A stretch of 64,000 nt of DNA from an uncultured Verrucomicrobiae bacterium (GTDB lineage Bacteria > Verrucomicrobiota > Verrucomicrobiia > Limisphaerales > Palsa-1400). The stretch is from positions 96,001 through 160,000 of the forward strand of contig CAVXRD010000001.1 in NCBI GenBank assembly GCA_963764165.1, read 5' to 3'. How positions within the stretch are numbered: the first letter of the stretch is position 1; each line of letters starts with the position of its first letter. Shown piece by piece: positions 1 to 10,014 of this stretch. A program made the translations under genes and the position numbers. The notes below the pieces were generated by a model that saw only the letters and a program-made list of their open reading frames with translations, did not search any database and had not been told where the DNA came from.

Positions 1-1304
1 ACCATCTGATCGTGGGTGAAAAAGTCCGCCTCCGTGTCGCCCACAATGACAGCGTCGTAGCGAAAAAGCTCTTCGGCTGTCTTTGGAAAACCGCCGCGAA
101 GCTCAAGCTCATCCTTCGTGTTCAAACGCATGATGACTGGCTGGTCGTATCGCGCCGTCTCGTCGTCGGTGCCACCGAAGCCGCGGTAAAGCGGATTGCT
201 GGATTCACCAGCGCGGCCCATGAAAGCAAATTTTGGCTCGCGCTTGGCGATGCGGATGACGGCAGGCATGTGGACTTGCGGGTCGTCTTCAATGGCGCGG
301 TTCAGGAATTTGAATTCCCAATTTGGACGGCCGCCCACGTAAAGAACGCGAAACGGCTCTTCACCGCGATCCACTGCGACGATTTGCTGATTGTTGGCCA
401 GCGTCGCCTCGCGCGATTCCGCCGAGCCGCCCAATTCGTCGCGGACGCGGGTTTCCACTTTGTAAAAATGCAATCCCGGTTTGTCAGGTTGAATTTGAAA
501 ACGAAAGCTCAGCGCGCTTTCCTCCCCGCTGGCTGATTTGTCCTGCTGCGTGACGACATTGGACATGCCGCTCGTTACTTCGACCAGGCGAGCCACGACA
601 TCGGAGCCGGAAAAGCCGTGCGCATTCACTTCTGCCTGGACTGTCACTGGCGCGTCTTCGAAAGCGGTTTGGCTGACGCTGACTTTATCAAGCGCAATGT
701 CGCGCAAACCGGACGCGCTGCCGACCACCACCGGATAAACGGGCGGGACATTTTCCAATCCAGCCAAGGCGGCGGTCGCGTCCGTGGCGTTGCCGTCTGT
801 AAATAACAAAACTCCCGCCACCGGCTGGCCGCGCCACCGGTCCGCCGCGCTGCGCAAGGCGTGTTCGAGGGCGGTGGCGTTGCCGTCAAATTCGAGACCG
901 GCGAAATCGTGGACGTCCTGGACGTTTGCGTCGAAGGTGTAACGGCGCACCTGGAAATTGTCTTCGAGAGTTTTCTGCCAGCCGCTGGAATCGTTGGTCA
1001 ATTGGCGGCGCAGCCAATCGCCGCGAGATTCACTTTCGCCGTTGTCTTTAACGCGCAGGCTTTGGCTTTGGTCGGCCAGCACCGCGAAGATGTTCGCCCC
1101 GGGCCGCGCGCGCTGGCCAACGCGCATGGGTTCAAGCAGGCAAAGCGCCAGGGTCAACAAACCGGCGAGTTTGAGCAGCCCGCAACCGAGGCGCACATTG
1201 CGTCCGGCAGCGCCACGGCTGCCCGCCCAAACAAGCGCCAAGGCAAGCACCATCATCACCGCCAAAACTGGAAACATCCACCCGCGGGCGGAAAAGACAA
1301 TCAC
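1..1304 (-). CDS. Membrane-anchored vWA-like protein of the MoxR operon (partial; 3' end runs off the left edge)
   Basis: Absent from the ORF track because it has no stop in the window. Manual translation from GTG at 1304, which overlaps the upstream TGA: MIVFSARGWMFPVLAVMMVLALALVWAG...LLEPMRVGQRARPGANIFAVLADQSQSL...VAGVLLFTDGNAT. It has two N-terminal TM segments and MIDAS-like DxSxS and TDG motifs. Confidence 0.75.
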   Translation of the reverse strand, partial: MIVFSARGWMFPVLAVMMVLALALVWAGSRGAAGRNVRLGCGLLKLAGLLTLALCLLEPMRVGQRARPGANIFAVLADQSQSLRVKDNGESESRGDWLRRQLTNDSSGWQKTLEDNFQVRRYTFDANVQDVHDFAGLEFDGNATALEHALRSAADRWRGQPVAGVLLFTDGNATDATAALAGLENVPPVYPVVVGSASGLRDIALDKVSVSQTAFEDAPVTVQAEVNAHGFSGSDVVARLVEVTSGMSNVVTQQDKSASGEESALSFRFQIQPDKPGLHFYKVETRVRDELGGSAESREATLANNQQIVAVDRGEEPFRVLYVGGRPNWEFKFLNRAIEDDPQVHMPAVIRIAKREPKFAFMGRAGESSNPLYRGFGGTDDETARYDQPVIMRLNTKDELELRGGFPKTAEELFRYDAVIVGDTEADFFTHDQM

Positions 1305-3442
1305 TGACCTCCTCCCAATTTTTCGTAATACTTGCGCACCAGCTCTGCGTAATTATCAGGCACCGGGTCATGGTCGAGGGGCACGAGGCTGTGCGAGTTT
1401 TCGATGCGGGCCAAAGCTTCCTGAATCTCCGCGCGGGCCTGAATCATCGGCTGCACCACGTTTTCTTTCACCGCGGAAAATGTGGGCTTGCGGTCATGCA
1501 AACGGTAATCGGCGCGATAGGCCGCAACGCGCTCCCGCAGGGTCGCGAGACGGTTGCGCAATTCCGTCGAGTCAACAACTTGCTCCACGTCGCGCATGCG
1601 ATCCGCCCAATTGGCAAAATCACCACCGGTGATCGGGCCTCTCGCGTCGACGCCATTCGCGCCACCGCCGGCGTTTGCGTTGCGATTTCCGGCGCGGCTT
1701 TGTTGAACCAACTTGCTTAGAGTATCTTTGCCCCCTTGGCCACCCTCTGCATTTCCCTCGGTGTTGGCGTTCTCTGATTGGCCTTCGCCCGATTGGGGCT
1801 GGCCATCCTGTCCCTGCTGCCCTTGTCCGCTTTGTCCAGGTTGCCGCTGTCCGTCTTTTCCTTGGCGAGATTGCGACCCATTGCGGGCGGCTGTTTCGCC
1901 GGGCTGGCCGTTGCGAGAATTTGCGTTTTCTTTTGCGTTCGCCGCGCCCGCCAAATTTGTTTGGCCCGTCCGGCCCGCGCCGGGCACCGCATTCGTTCGT
2001 GTCGCCAACGAATTGGTGCTTGGGCCGCCGCCACTCGCTTCCGAACCGGAAAGATTTGTTTCTCCTCCAAGCCCCTGCCCCACTTCCTTGGTCAGTTTAT
2101 CCAATTCCGATTGCGCATACCGCAACGCATCCGCCTGGCTTCCCAGAACACTTTCGGCCGCCCTTTCGATGCGCTGGCTGAGATCGTTAATGTTCGTGCG
2201 GGCGGAATTTTCCACTTGGGCCGCTTTGTCGAGAAATCCGCGATCCACGAGCTGGCGCGTCGTATCCAATGCGCTATCAATGTGCATCGGACCGGAGTGG
2301 CGCAACGTGTCGTAAAGCTGTTCGGACAAAAGCGGCTCGGTGCTCTCGGCTCTTTCAGTCAGATCCTGCATGGTAGAAAGAAGATTCGTCAGGGCGCTCT
2401 CCTGTTGGCTCATTCGCTTTACAAGATCCTGCCGCTGCTTTTCGTCATCGAGCGTTTGATGGTCGGGGCCTTGCATATTTTGAAGCGTCTGGCCAATTTT
2501 CTCCTCTTCCTGCGACAAGTCTCTCGCCTGATTTTGCAGTTGACGCATCTGCTGGGTGAATTGGCTGGAGGTCTGGCCGCGCAATCCTTCGCGCAAATTC
2601 TGCATGCTCTGCTGCGCCCGCGAACCGGAGGCCAGCGCCTGCGAAACGGATTCGTTGGCCAAATCCTGGGCCGCTTTCTCCGTCTCGGAACGCGCCTGGT
2701 CCAAGCCCTTGGCCGTCTGCGAAAGCGCGCTGGAATCCTGCGCCTGGTCGAGTTTTTGATGCAACTCGTCCAGGTCATTCAACATCTGCTTTTCTTCGTC
2801 GGCGAGATGCTTCAATTCGCGTTTGATTTCCTCTTTTTCTTTCTCATCGCGAGCCTGCTGCAGCGCGGTTTGCAATTCGCGCAGGCGATCATTCAAATCC
2901 TGCTGGCGCTGGGCCAATTCCTTCAAACGGTTGGCGGTTTCAAGCTGTTCCTTTTGCGCGGGAGTCTGCGGGGCGCTGGCCTGTTTCTCCGTCTCGTAAC
3001 GATTTTCCTCGCTGGTCAATTCGAGTTGGTCCATCTGCTTCTGATTAGGCTGGCCTGAACTGTTGCCGCCCTTGCTTTTTTTGCGGTTGCGCGTGACTCG
3101 AAATTCGCGCGGCGTCAATTGCAGCACTGCCTGATAGGCAGCCTGTTCCGCTTCGATGGCGGCTGATAAATCGGCCGGGTTTTTCTGGGCGGCCTGTAGC
3201 GCTTTGTCCGCCTTTTCCATGTTTTCCATGGCAAGTTGCAAACGGCTGCGCTCGGTCGGATCCTGCGATCTTGAGAAGAGTTCCTTCGCCTGATCGAGCG
3301 CCTGCTTTTGCGATTCATCCACTGTCGCGATGTCATTGGCGGCGGCATTTTCCCCTCCCGCTGGAGTCGTCGCGGGCTGGGCGGCAGCCAGTTGAGCGCA
3401 AAACCAACCGCTCATGCAGTAAAGTGTCCAACGTGTTTTCAT
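1301..3442 (-). CDS. Coiled-coil Q/E/G-rich exported protein (C-terminal half of a DUF4175-like protein)
   Basis: 713-aa ORF with a signal-like N-terminus, long helical Q/E/L-rich runs and a Q/G low-complexity linker. The C-terminus DPVPDNYAELVRKYYEKL resembles the ends of DUF4175-like proteins. Confidence 0.7.
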   Translation of the reverse strand: MKTRWTLYCMSGWFCAQLAAAQPATTPAGGENAAANDIATVDESQKQALDQAKELFSRSQDPTERSRLQLAMENMEKADKALQAAQKNPADLSAAIEAEQAAYQAVLQLTPREFRVTRNRKKSKGGNSSGQPNQKQMDQLELTSEENRYETEKQASAPQTPAQKEQLETANRLKELAQRQQDLNDRLRELQTALQQARDEKEKEEIKRELKHLADEEKQMLNDLDELHQKLDQAQDSSALSQTAKGLDQARSETEKAAQDLANESVSQALASGSRAQQSMQNLREGLRGQTSSQFTQQMRQLQNQARDLSQEEEKIGQTLQNMQGPDHQTLDDEKQRQDLVKRMSQQESALTNLLSTMQDLTERAESTEPLLSEQLYDTLRHSGPMHIDSALDTTRQLVDRGFLDKAAQVENSARTNINDLSQRIERAAESVLGSQADALRYAQSELDKLTKEVGQGLGGETNLSGSEASGGGPSTNSLATRTNAVPGAGRTGQTNLAGAANAKENANSRNGQPGETAARNGSQSRQGKDGQRQPGQSGQGQQGQDGQPQSGEGQSENANTEGNAEGGQGGKDTLSKLVQQSRAGNRNANAGGGANGVDARGPITGGDFANWADRMRDVEQVVDSTELRNRLATLRERVAAYRADYRLHDRKPTFSAVKENVVQPMIQARAEIQEALARIENSHSLVPLDHDPVPDNYAELVRKYYEKLGGGQ

Positions 3443-5049
3443 GGTGCTCCGTTCTGTTGCAGTTTCCAGGTGGCGACGACTATGTCCCTTTGCAATTCCA
3501 CCAATTTGACGTCCTCATTCCCCTGCCCGCCCTTCTGACCCTGGCTGCCTTGATCCGAATCGTCGCCTGCGCCGGATTGGTCCTGGCGGAAAATTTCGTC
3601 AAAGGGCCGAATCTCGGCAAAATAAATGTCGCTCATCGTGCGGCGGGTTCTTCCATCCGGCCAAATGTCATCTGCCCAAACGAAATAGCCGACAACTTGG
3701 TCTTCATCCAAATTCATGTTTTCGAGCGGTATCATGTAATTAAAGGCCGCCTTCTGCTTGGACGCTGCGCCTCCACCCAGTTCCACAAGCTTGGGATTTT
3801 GCCCGGCGATTCCAAACCCGATGCCATACTTGACCAAACCGAATTCCCCCGAAGCTTCACCGCGCAGTTGAAGCTCCTCCAATCGCGAGACCCGCTGATC
3901 GCCACGCGGTGAAACCACTTTGACGATTGGACGGCGATTGGTCTGCACTTGAAAGATAAAGTCGGACGGAAATTTATTCGTGCGGCCCTCCGCATCTTCC
4001 AGCGCGAGGAGGAATTTGCCGCTGTTCGTCAGCGTGTAGGCATTGAGCAGCGCGGTCGCGTTGCTGACGATCGTCAAGTCGATATTGGTCGCGCCGCTGA
4101 CGAGACGGGCGTGTTTGACTGGTTTGTTCAATTGAAAATTGTAGGTCAGTTGCGTCCCGGTAATGGCGCTGATGCGGCGGGTGTCAGGGATGGTCTTGTT
4201 GGTAAGGCCGGTATATGTCGGATACACGAGCGAGGCATCCGCCCGCACCAGAGACGGATAATCGAAAACGTGGATTTTATATTCCGGCGTTTTTCCGCCG
4301 GGATATTCGACGTGATATTGTCCGTCCTCGCGAACCTCGACGAGGCTTGCGCCGTAAACAGGATCCGCCAAATGCCGTTCCAGCGGAAGGCGCTGAGTTT
4401 TTCCCGCCGCCGAAACGACGACGAGCGCCGCCTCCGATGGCGGCTCGCTGCCGAACCGCGCAGCTACGACGAGGCTTGAGCCGCGCTCGATGGTCGCATC
4501 CCCGGGAGTCACCGTCACGCCACCGGGCAGCACGGCTCCGAAAACGGAGTGCGCTTTTCTCGCAGTGTGCGCGAGCATGACCATCGCAAACACGCCAACC
4601 GCCATCGCCGCCAATCCGCCGGACTTTGCGACAGCGAGCTTGCGCTCCGTTTGCCGCTTCCAAAGCGCGCGCTGTGGATGGGCCAGCACTTCGTCCACCA
4701 CCCGCAATTGGAGAAATCCGAAGCCGTTTTCACCTGGCCGCTGTTCGGCGGCGGCGGAAAGAAGATGACGCAATTCCGGAAAATCATGCTCCATCGCGGC
4801 AACGAGCGCCTTGAAATCAGCAACGCGTTTTTCGTGCCGAGTGAAGATGACGACGGTCGCCACTAATCCGCCCACCAGCGGCAAAAGCCACATCGCGCGG
4901 GAAGTCCAGCCGGTGACCCATTGCGCAAGCCAGCCGAGCAACACCACCGCCGCGATCACGAGCCAGCACAAACTCAAGTCGCGCCAAAGGCGGGCGCGCC
5001 GAAGCGTCAGTTCAGCCGTCGCGAGTTCGAGTTGCAGGCGCGGTTCCAT
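3439..5049 (-). CDS. Membrane protein with Ig-like extracytoplasmic domains (N-terminal half of a DUF4175-like protein)
   Basis: Likely start is ATG 5049 (MEPRLQ), in a TAATG overlap with the upstream stop. Three TM segments are followed by beta-rich domains (VTVTPGDATIERG, YPTYTGL). Confidence 0.7.
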   Translation of the reverse strand: MEPRLQLELATAELTLRRARLWRDLSLCWLVIAAVVLLGWLAQWVTGWTSRAMWLLPLVGGLVATVVIFTRHEKRVADFKALVAAMEHDFPELRHLLSAAAEQRPGENGFGFLQLRVVDEVLAHPQRALWKRQTERKLAVAKSGGLAAMAVGVFAMVMLAHTARKAHSVFGAVLPGGVTVTPGDATIERGSSLVVAARFGSEPPSEAALVVVSAAGKTQRLPLERHLADPVYGASLVEVREDGQYHVEYPGGKTPEYKIHVFDYPSLVRADASLVYPTYTGLTNKTIPDTRRISAITGTQLTYNFQLNKPVKHARLVSGATNIDLTIVSNATALLNAYTLTNSGKFLLALEDAEGRTNKFPSDFIFQVQTNRRPIVKVVSPRGDQRVSRLEELQLRGEASGEFGLVKYGIGFGIAGQNPKLVELGGGAASKQKAAFNYMIPLENMNLDEDQVVGYFVWADDIWPDGRTRRTMSDIYFAEIRPFDEIFRQDQSGAGDDSDQGSQGQKGGQGNEDVKLVELQRDIVVATWKLQQNGAP

Positions 5050-7082
5050 TATGTTGCTGCCTCCATTGTGACAGCGCGCCGGGCCAGCCAGCCGCCGAGC
5101 GCGATTTCCCCCAACGTAACCGCGAGTGCGCCGACGATCAACCAGCGCCACAGCTTTTGCCGGTTTTCCAATTCCGAGTTTTGCAGATGTCGCTGGCGGA
5201 CTTGAACAGCCTGCGCGGAAAGTTGGGGTTCCAAACCAAGCGGCACGCCGAGGCGCGCCAATTCATCAAGAGAGATCACAGCCGTCCGGCTTTCTTCGAG
5301 CGGAACGTTGACCGCGAAATAACGCTCGTGGCCCGTCCACGCCGCTTTGTAAAGACCGGGTTTGTCAGTGGCGGTAAATGCAACTCCGGCTGGCAAATTC
5401 GTCGTAAGATTGTCGTGCGTCCACGCAACGATCTGCCCAGCCGAAGCGGGAGCGGGAATGGCGTCGCCCGTGCGAAACTGCGTGCGAACGGGCGCGCTGG
5501 CTCCGCTCCAATCGAGCATTGTTTCAAGCAGAGGCGGGAATTTGCTGGAGACGGCCAATTGGCTGTCCGACGGACTCCATCCAGAAGCCAGCACCAGCAA
5601 ATGGCCCTTCCCCACCGGCACGTCAGCCAGCGCTGGATCGCCGTCGTCAAATCTCGCCAGCACGCGCGCGTTCACCGCGGCGGGGATATTCCAGTGGCGA
5701 TGCTTCCAAAAATGAATATGGGTGAAATCGCTGAAGCGCGGATCGTCGAATGGTTTGAAAAGCGGATGTTGAAAATCAACCGAACCCAGCAGTGCAAATT
5801 CCCCCGGAGCTTCTGACAACTGAACGCTGGGCAGGTTCAGCAGCGCGGCCAGTGTCGGCCCCATGTTGCCGCTCGTCAAAACGAGCAAAGCAGTTTTTCC
5901 GTCTTCCAGCCATGTGCGCATCGCCGGGAGCTGCGAATTTGGCAAATCTTCCGCCACCACGCCGAAGACAGTTTGCTCTGTCAACTCGGGCGAGAGCTGG
6001 GCCTGCCACCGTGGCGACGACGGCAGGGCGCGCTGCATATAGTAGGCAAGTCCGCTCGTGTCGTTGGTGAGGCCAACGCCCGCAACGTAAATCGCGACAC
6101 GTTGAACATCGGGCGCGGCGTAGTAAGACAAACTCCCGTATTCGAGATCGCCGCCAGTGAGTTTCAGCGCGCCCGAGGCCGTCGCGGCGACTGGATTGGG
6201 CGCGGTAAATGTTCTCGTCTGGCCTGGCGTCAAATAAACATCCATTGGCTCTCCGCCACCCTGCCAGCCAAGCTGGAATTTTTCCATTTTTGAGTCGCTG
6301 GAATTCGCGATGCGGACGTGAATGGCGTCCTCGACCCCGGAGACAGCCGCGGGCGGTTCGAGAATTTCCAACCCCGCGTTCGACCGCTTTTTTGCGGCGA
6401 TGATTTTCGGAATGACACGCGTTCCTTCCGGCCATTGATAGCCTTGCAGCCCGTTGAGTTTTGCGCCTTCCTGCAAATCGGTGATGAGAACAAGTTCGCG
6501 GCGGTCGGCTGTATTTTGGCGGAACAAATTGGCCGCTTCCGTCAGAGCAAGGCCGAGTTGCGTTCCCTTCCAACCGGGCGTCACCGTTTCTAAACGCTGA
6601 CGGGCCAGCGCCGCGCGATTGCCGGAGGGCCAACTTGCCCAGTCGGAGAAACTGACAATCGTCTGCGGTTGGATGTCAAACGTCATCACGGTGACTTGGT
6701 CGTTCAACTCGGTCTTGTCCAGATATTCGGCGGCTGCGGCGCGCGCCTTATCCCACATTCCTTCCCGCCGCATGCTGGCGCTCGTGTCGACGAGCAAGAT
6801 CATGCGGCGTTCGCCCGCTGAAGCGCCGGGCGGCGTGATGTCATGGGCAAAGAACGGCCGGGCAAATCCAATAGCCAGCAATAGCAGGCAAAGACAGCGC
6901 AACAGCAGCAGCCAGAAATGCTCGATTTTGCGGCGGCGCACCGCTTTCGGCGGCGTGGGACGCAGAAACATCAGCGAACTGAAATCGATGCGATCTTTTG
7001 CCGCCCGCCGGATGAGATGAAATAAAATCGGCCCGGCAATCGCCGCTCCACCGAGCAAAAACCATGGAGAGAGAAAGTTCAC
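5049..7082 (-). CDS. BatA-like N-terminal TM domain plus vWA domain protein
   Basis: GTG 7082 overlaps the upstream TGA. N-terminus NFLSPWFLLG...PILFHLIRR...FSSLMFL is BatA-like. MIDAS motifs VDTSASM and LITDLQ, and a C-terminal TM helix. Confidence 0.85.
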   Translation of the reverse strand: MNFLSPWFLLGGAAIAGPILFHLIRRAAKDRIDFSSLMFLRPTPPKAVRRRKIEHFWLLLLRCLCLLLLAIGFARPFFAHDITPPGASAGERRMILLVDTSASMRREGMWDKARAAAAEYLDKTELNDQVTVMTFDIQPQTIVSFSDWASWPSGNRAALARQRLETVTPGWKGTQLGLALTEAANLFRQNTADRRELVLITDLQEGAKLNGLQGYQWPEGTRVIPKIIAAKKRSNAGLEILEPPAAVSGVEDAIHVRIANSSDSKMEKFQLGWQGGGEPMDVYLTPGQTRTFTAPNPVAATASGALKLTGGDLEYGSLSYYAAPDVQRVAIYVAGVGLTNDTSGLAYYMQRALPSSPRWQAQLSPELTEQTVFGVVAEDLPNSQLPAMRTWLEDGKTALLVLTSGNMGPTLAALLNLPSVQLSEAPGEFALLGSVDFQHPLFKPFDDPRFSDFTHIHFWKHRHWNIPAAVNARVLARFDDGDPALADVPVGKGHLLVLASGWSPSDSQLAVSSKFPPLLETMLDWSGASAPVRTQFRTGDAIPAPASAGQIVAWTHDNLTTNLPAGVAFTATDKPGLYKAAWTGHERYFAVNVPLEESRTAVISLDELARLGVPLGLEPQLSAQAVQVRQRHLQNSELENRQKLWRWLIVGALAVTLGEIALGGWLARRAVTMEAAT

Positions 7083-8023
7083 GCGGCGGTGGTTTGCCGG
7101 CGGCGGCGAACGAGTTTGCCCCGGCTGGCCCGGCTGCGCAGAAAATCCAGCAGCGCCAGGTCCATCGCGCGATCCGTCAGCAGCCGATGGAAAGCAGCGC
7201 CAAGTTTGCTGCACATCGCCTCGACGCGTTCGCCGTGTTCTTGCAAACGCTTTTGATACGTCTCGCGAATCGCGGCAGGATCGAGGTAAATATCGCGCTC
7301 GCTCTCCATGTCGTGGAATAGCAGTGCGTTCTCGAACTTGAAGGCGAGTTCATTTGGATCGAGCAACTGAAAGACCACTAATTCGTGGCCCACCGCGGTC
7401 AGGTGCGCCAGGTGCCGCTCCAGTTCATCCACGGGTGCGAGCAAATCGGAAATCAGGACGACCAATCCGCGTTTGCGCGACAACTCAGCGATGCGGCGCA
7501 GAGGTTCCGTCAGATTGGTGGAGCGCCCCTCGGGCTCGCGTTCCAGCGCGAGCATGAGCTGTCGCAAGTGTCCGTGCCGATGTCGGGCGGGCAAGTAATC
7601 GCGAACACGTTCATCAAAGGAATACAACCCAACTGCGTCGCCCTGCGAATAAAGAAACCATGCGAGCGTCGCCGCGAAGGTTCGGGCGTAATCCGATTTG
7701 GTGTAGTCAAGGGAACGGTATGTCATCGACCGGCTGTAATCGACGAGCAAGTGGCAGCGAAGATTCGTTTCGTCCTCGAATTTTTTGAGATAGTAGCGAT
7801 CCGACCTCGCGTAAAGCCGCCAATCAAGATAACGCGTATCGTCGCCCTGCGTGTAAGAACGATATTCGGTGAACTCGACCGAAAAACCGTGATACGGGCT
7901 GCGATGAAGCCCGTTCCAAAAGCCTTCCACCACGACGCGGGCGCGCAGTTCCAAGTTGCGAATCGCCATCAGCGCCTTCGGCTCGACAAACCCTTTTTCC
8001 CGTCCTGGAAGTGTCTCCGGCAT
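7079..8023 (-). CDS. DUF58 family protein (vWA-like MoxR partner)
   Basis: Motif GLHRSPYHGFSVEFTEYRSYTQGDDTRYLDWRLYARSD...KKFEDETN. Likely start ATG 8023. Confidence 0.92.
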   Translation of the reverse strand: MPETLPGREKGFVEPKALMAIRNLELRARVVVEGFWNGLHRSPYHGFSVEFTEYRSYTQGDDTRYLDWRLYARSDRYYLKKFEDETNLRCHLLVDYSRSMTYRSLDYTKSDYARTFAATLAWFLYSQGDAVGLYSFDERVRDYLPARHRHGHLRQLMLALEREPEGRSTNLTEPLRRIAELSRKRGLVVLISDLLAPVDELERHLAHLTAVGHELVVFQLLDPNELAFKFENALLFHDMESERDIYLDPAAIRETYQKRLQEHGERVEAMCSKLGAAFHRLLTDRAMDLALLDFLRSRASRGKLVRRRRQTTAA

Positions 8024-8028
8024 AAATC

Positions 8029-9066
8029 TTAAGACGCACCCGGCTCGGCCACGGTTTCGATCAGACGGCGAATGACGGTATCCACATTGACGCCTTCCGC
8101 CTCCGCGCGGTAATTCACAAGAATCCGGTGGCGCAATACCGGAGTGGCCAATGCGCGAATGTCCTCGCCTGTTGCGTGCGAGCGGCCTTGCAGCAAGGCG
8201 CGGGCTTTGGCCCCGAGCGTGAGAAATTGCGCGGCGCGCGTGCCGGCGCCCCAGCTTACCCAATCATTCACGAACGCGGGGGCGCCCGGTTGCTGCGGCC
8301 GTGAGGAAGCCGCCAGGCGGACGGCGTAACGGACGAGAGTTTGCGAAATGGGAACCTGCCGCACCAGTTCGTTGAATTCTAAAATGTCTTTGCCGGTAAA
8401 AATCGGTTCAATGGGCGCAGCGCGGCGGGCGGTGGTTTGCTCCACCACGGCGACCTCGTCGGACTCAGGCAGGTAGTTGATCACCACGTTGAACATGAAG
8501 CGGTCCAACTGCGCCTCGGGCAGCGGATAGGTGCCTTCCATTTCAATTGGATTTTGCGTCGCGAGCACATAAAACGGCTCTGGCAGCGAGTGGCGAATTC
8601 CAGCGGCTGTGACCTGATGCTCCTGCATCGCTTCGAGCAGCGCGGCTTGCGTCTTGGGAGGTGTGCGGTTGATTTCGTCGGCCAACACCATATTGGCGAA
8701 GATCGGTCCTTGCACGAATGTCATTTTGCGGCCGTCGCTCCCCTCCTGCAAAATTTCCGTGCCGGTAATATCCGCGGGCATGAGGTCGGGCGTGAATTGG
8801 ATGCGCTGGAATTTCAGATGGAAAATCTGGGCGATGGATTTGACGAGAAGCGTCTTGGCCAATCCCGGCGCCCCGGTAATCAAACAATGCCCGCCGGAAA
8901 AGAGCGCGAGCATGATTTGTTCGATCACCTCCTTTTGACCAACGATGGCTTTGGCCAACTCGGCTTCAATGCGGGTTTTACCTGCGGCGAGACGCTCGAC
9001 GGCGGCGCGTTGTTCCTCGACGGGATTTATTAGTGGTGGAGCGGAAGCGATGTCAGTGGCGTTCAT
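8029..9066 (-). CDS. moxR: MoxR-family AAA+ ATPase
   Basis: Walker A GAPGLAKT, RIQFTPDLMPADITG, Walker B LADEINRTPPKTQAALLEAMQE, ATQNPIEMEGTYPLPEAQLDRF. Confidence 0.95.
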   Translation of the reverse strand: MNATDIASAPPLINPVEEQRAAVERLAAGKTRIEAELAKAIVGQKEVIEQIMLALFSGGHCLITGAPGLAKTLLVKSIAQIFHLKFQRIQFTPDLMPADITGTEILQEGSDGRKMTFVQGPIFANMVLADEINRTPPKTQAALLEAMQEHQVTAAGIRHSLPEPFYVLATQNPIEMEGTYPLPEAQLDRFMFNVVINYLPESDEVAVVEQTTARRAAPIEPIFTGKDILEFNELVRQVPISQTLVRYAVRLAASSRPQQPGAPAFVNDWVSWGAGTRAAQFLTLGAKARALLQGRSHATGEDIRALATPVLRHRILVNYRAEAEGVNVDTVIRRLIETVAEPGAS

Positions 9067-10014
9067 TTAATGCGTCATTAGGTAAACAATAATATTGATC
9101 CCGAGCGGATAAGCGCGAGTTTCCGAAAATGTCTTAAAATATTCCTCGTTTTCGCCTTCGCGCTCCCAGCCGTCGCCATTGTCGGAATTATGGGTGGCGA
9201 TGATCATGATGCGCTGCCTGTCATCGAGCCAGGCGCGGACGTGCATTTCGTGGGTGTCAGGTCCCCCGCGATATGAGTGGCCACTGCGTTCCCAAACGTG
9301 GATGGATGGCACCTGCAAATCCTGCACGGACGACTTTTCGTTCAAAGGAAACACGGTTTTGAAAACCGGATGCGTCAATGGAAGCTCGATCCAATTCCGA
9401 TCCGGCAAAACGCGTTTGATCTGCGTTTCAAATCGATCCCAATCGTCGTTGCCCCAGAAATCATCCGCCATCAACGCGCCGCCGCTCATCAGGTAGCGCC
9501 GCAAAATGGGGACTTCTTCGTCGCGCAATTCCATGCGGCCCGCCTTGACCATGTAGATGAATGGGTAGTTTGGAAGATCGTCGTTGGTGAGTTTGATCGT
9601 GCGGCCGTTTGGATCGACTTTTATCGCGGTCAATTGCTGCAAACGGTAGGAGAGATTCAAATCGCTGTCAGGATAATCGTTGATCCAGCCGAACATGCTG
9701 GGAACCTGCGTCTTGTCGTATTTATATATGACGCGCGCGAAAGTAAAAACATCCCTCTCAAAACCCGGTTCGTTTGTCCAATCGGGAGTGCCGGTGCTGT
9801 GGGATGCCGTTTCACGCGCGGTGCGAACAGTGTCCTCGTTTACGTCGTCCCCGCCTTCAGTGCGGACGATTGGCCCCGTGGAAAACCGGCCGCCCCGATG
9901 TCCGCCGCCGCCCCATCCATCGCCTCTTCCCCCACCGAATCGCTCCTGCGCGGCGCACAGACCCGCAAGCACAAGGACAGCGGTGAACAGCGGCCATTTT
10001 GAAATCGGCCTCAA
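9067..10014 (-). CDS. DUF4159 family exported protein
   Basis: Signal peptide; motifs DYPDSDLNLSYRLQQLT, YPFIYM, DDFWG, DGWERE, LGINIIVYLMTH. TTG start overlaps the upstream TGA. Confidence 0.85.
   Translation of the reverse strand: MRPISKWPLFTAVLVLAGLCAAQERFGGGRGDGWGGGGHRGGRFSTGPIVRTEGGDDVNEDTVRTARETASHSTGTPDWTNEPGFERDVFTFARVIYKYDKTQVPSMFGWINDYPDSDLNLSYRLQQLTAIKVDPNGRTIKLTNDDLPNYPFIYMVKAGRMELRDEEVPILRRYLMSGGALMADDFWGNDDWDRFETQIKRVLPDRNWIELPLTHPVFKTVFPLNEKSSVQDLQVPSIHVWERSGHSYRGGPDTHEMHVRAWLDDRQRIMIIATHNSDNGDGWEREGENEEYFKTFSETRAYPLGINIIVYLMTH

Noticed and set aside
1778..3058. 426-aa plus-strand ORF and similar long antisense ORFs (e.g. 11823-12965, 16851-18005, 47410-48384)
   Set aside because: Shadow frames opposite recognisable genes.
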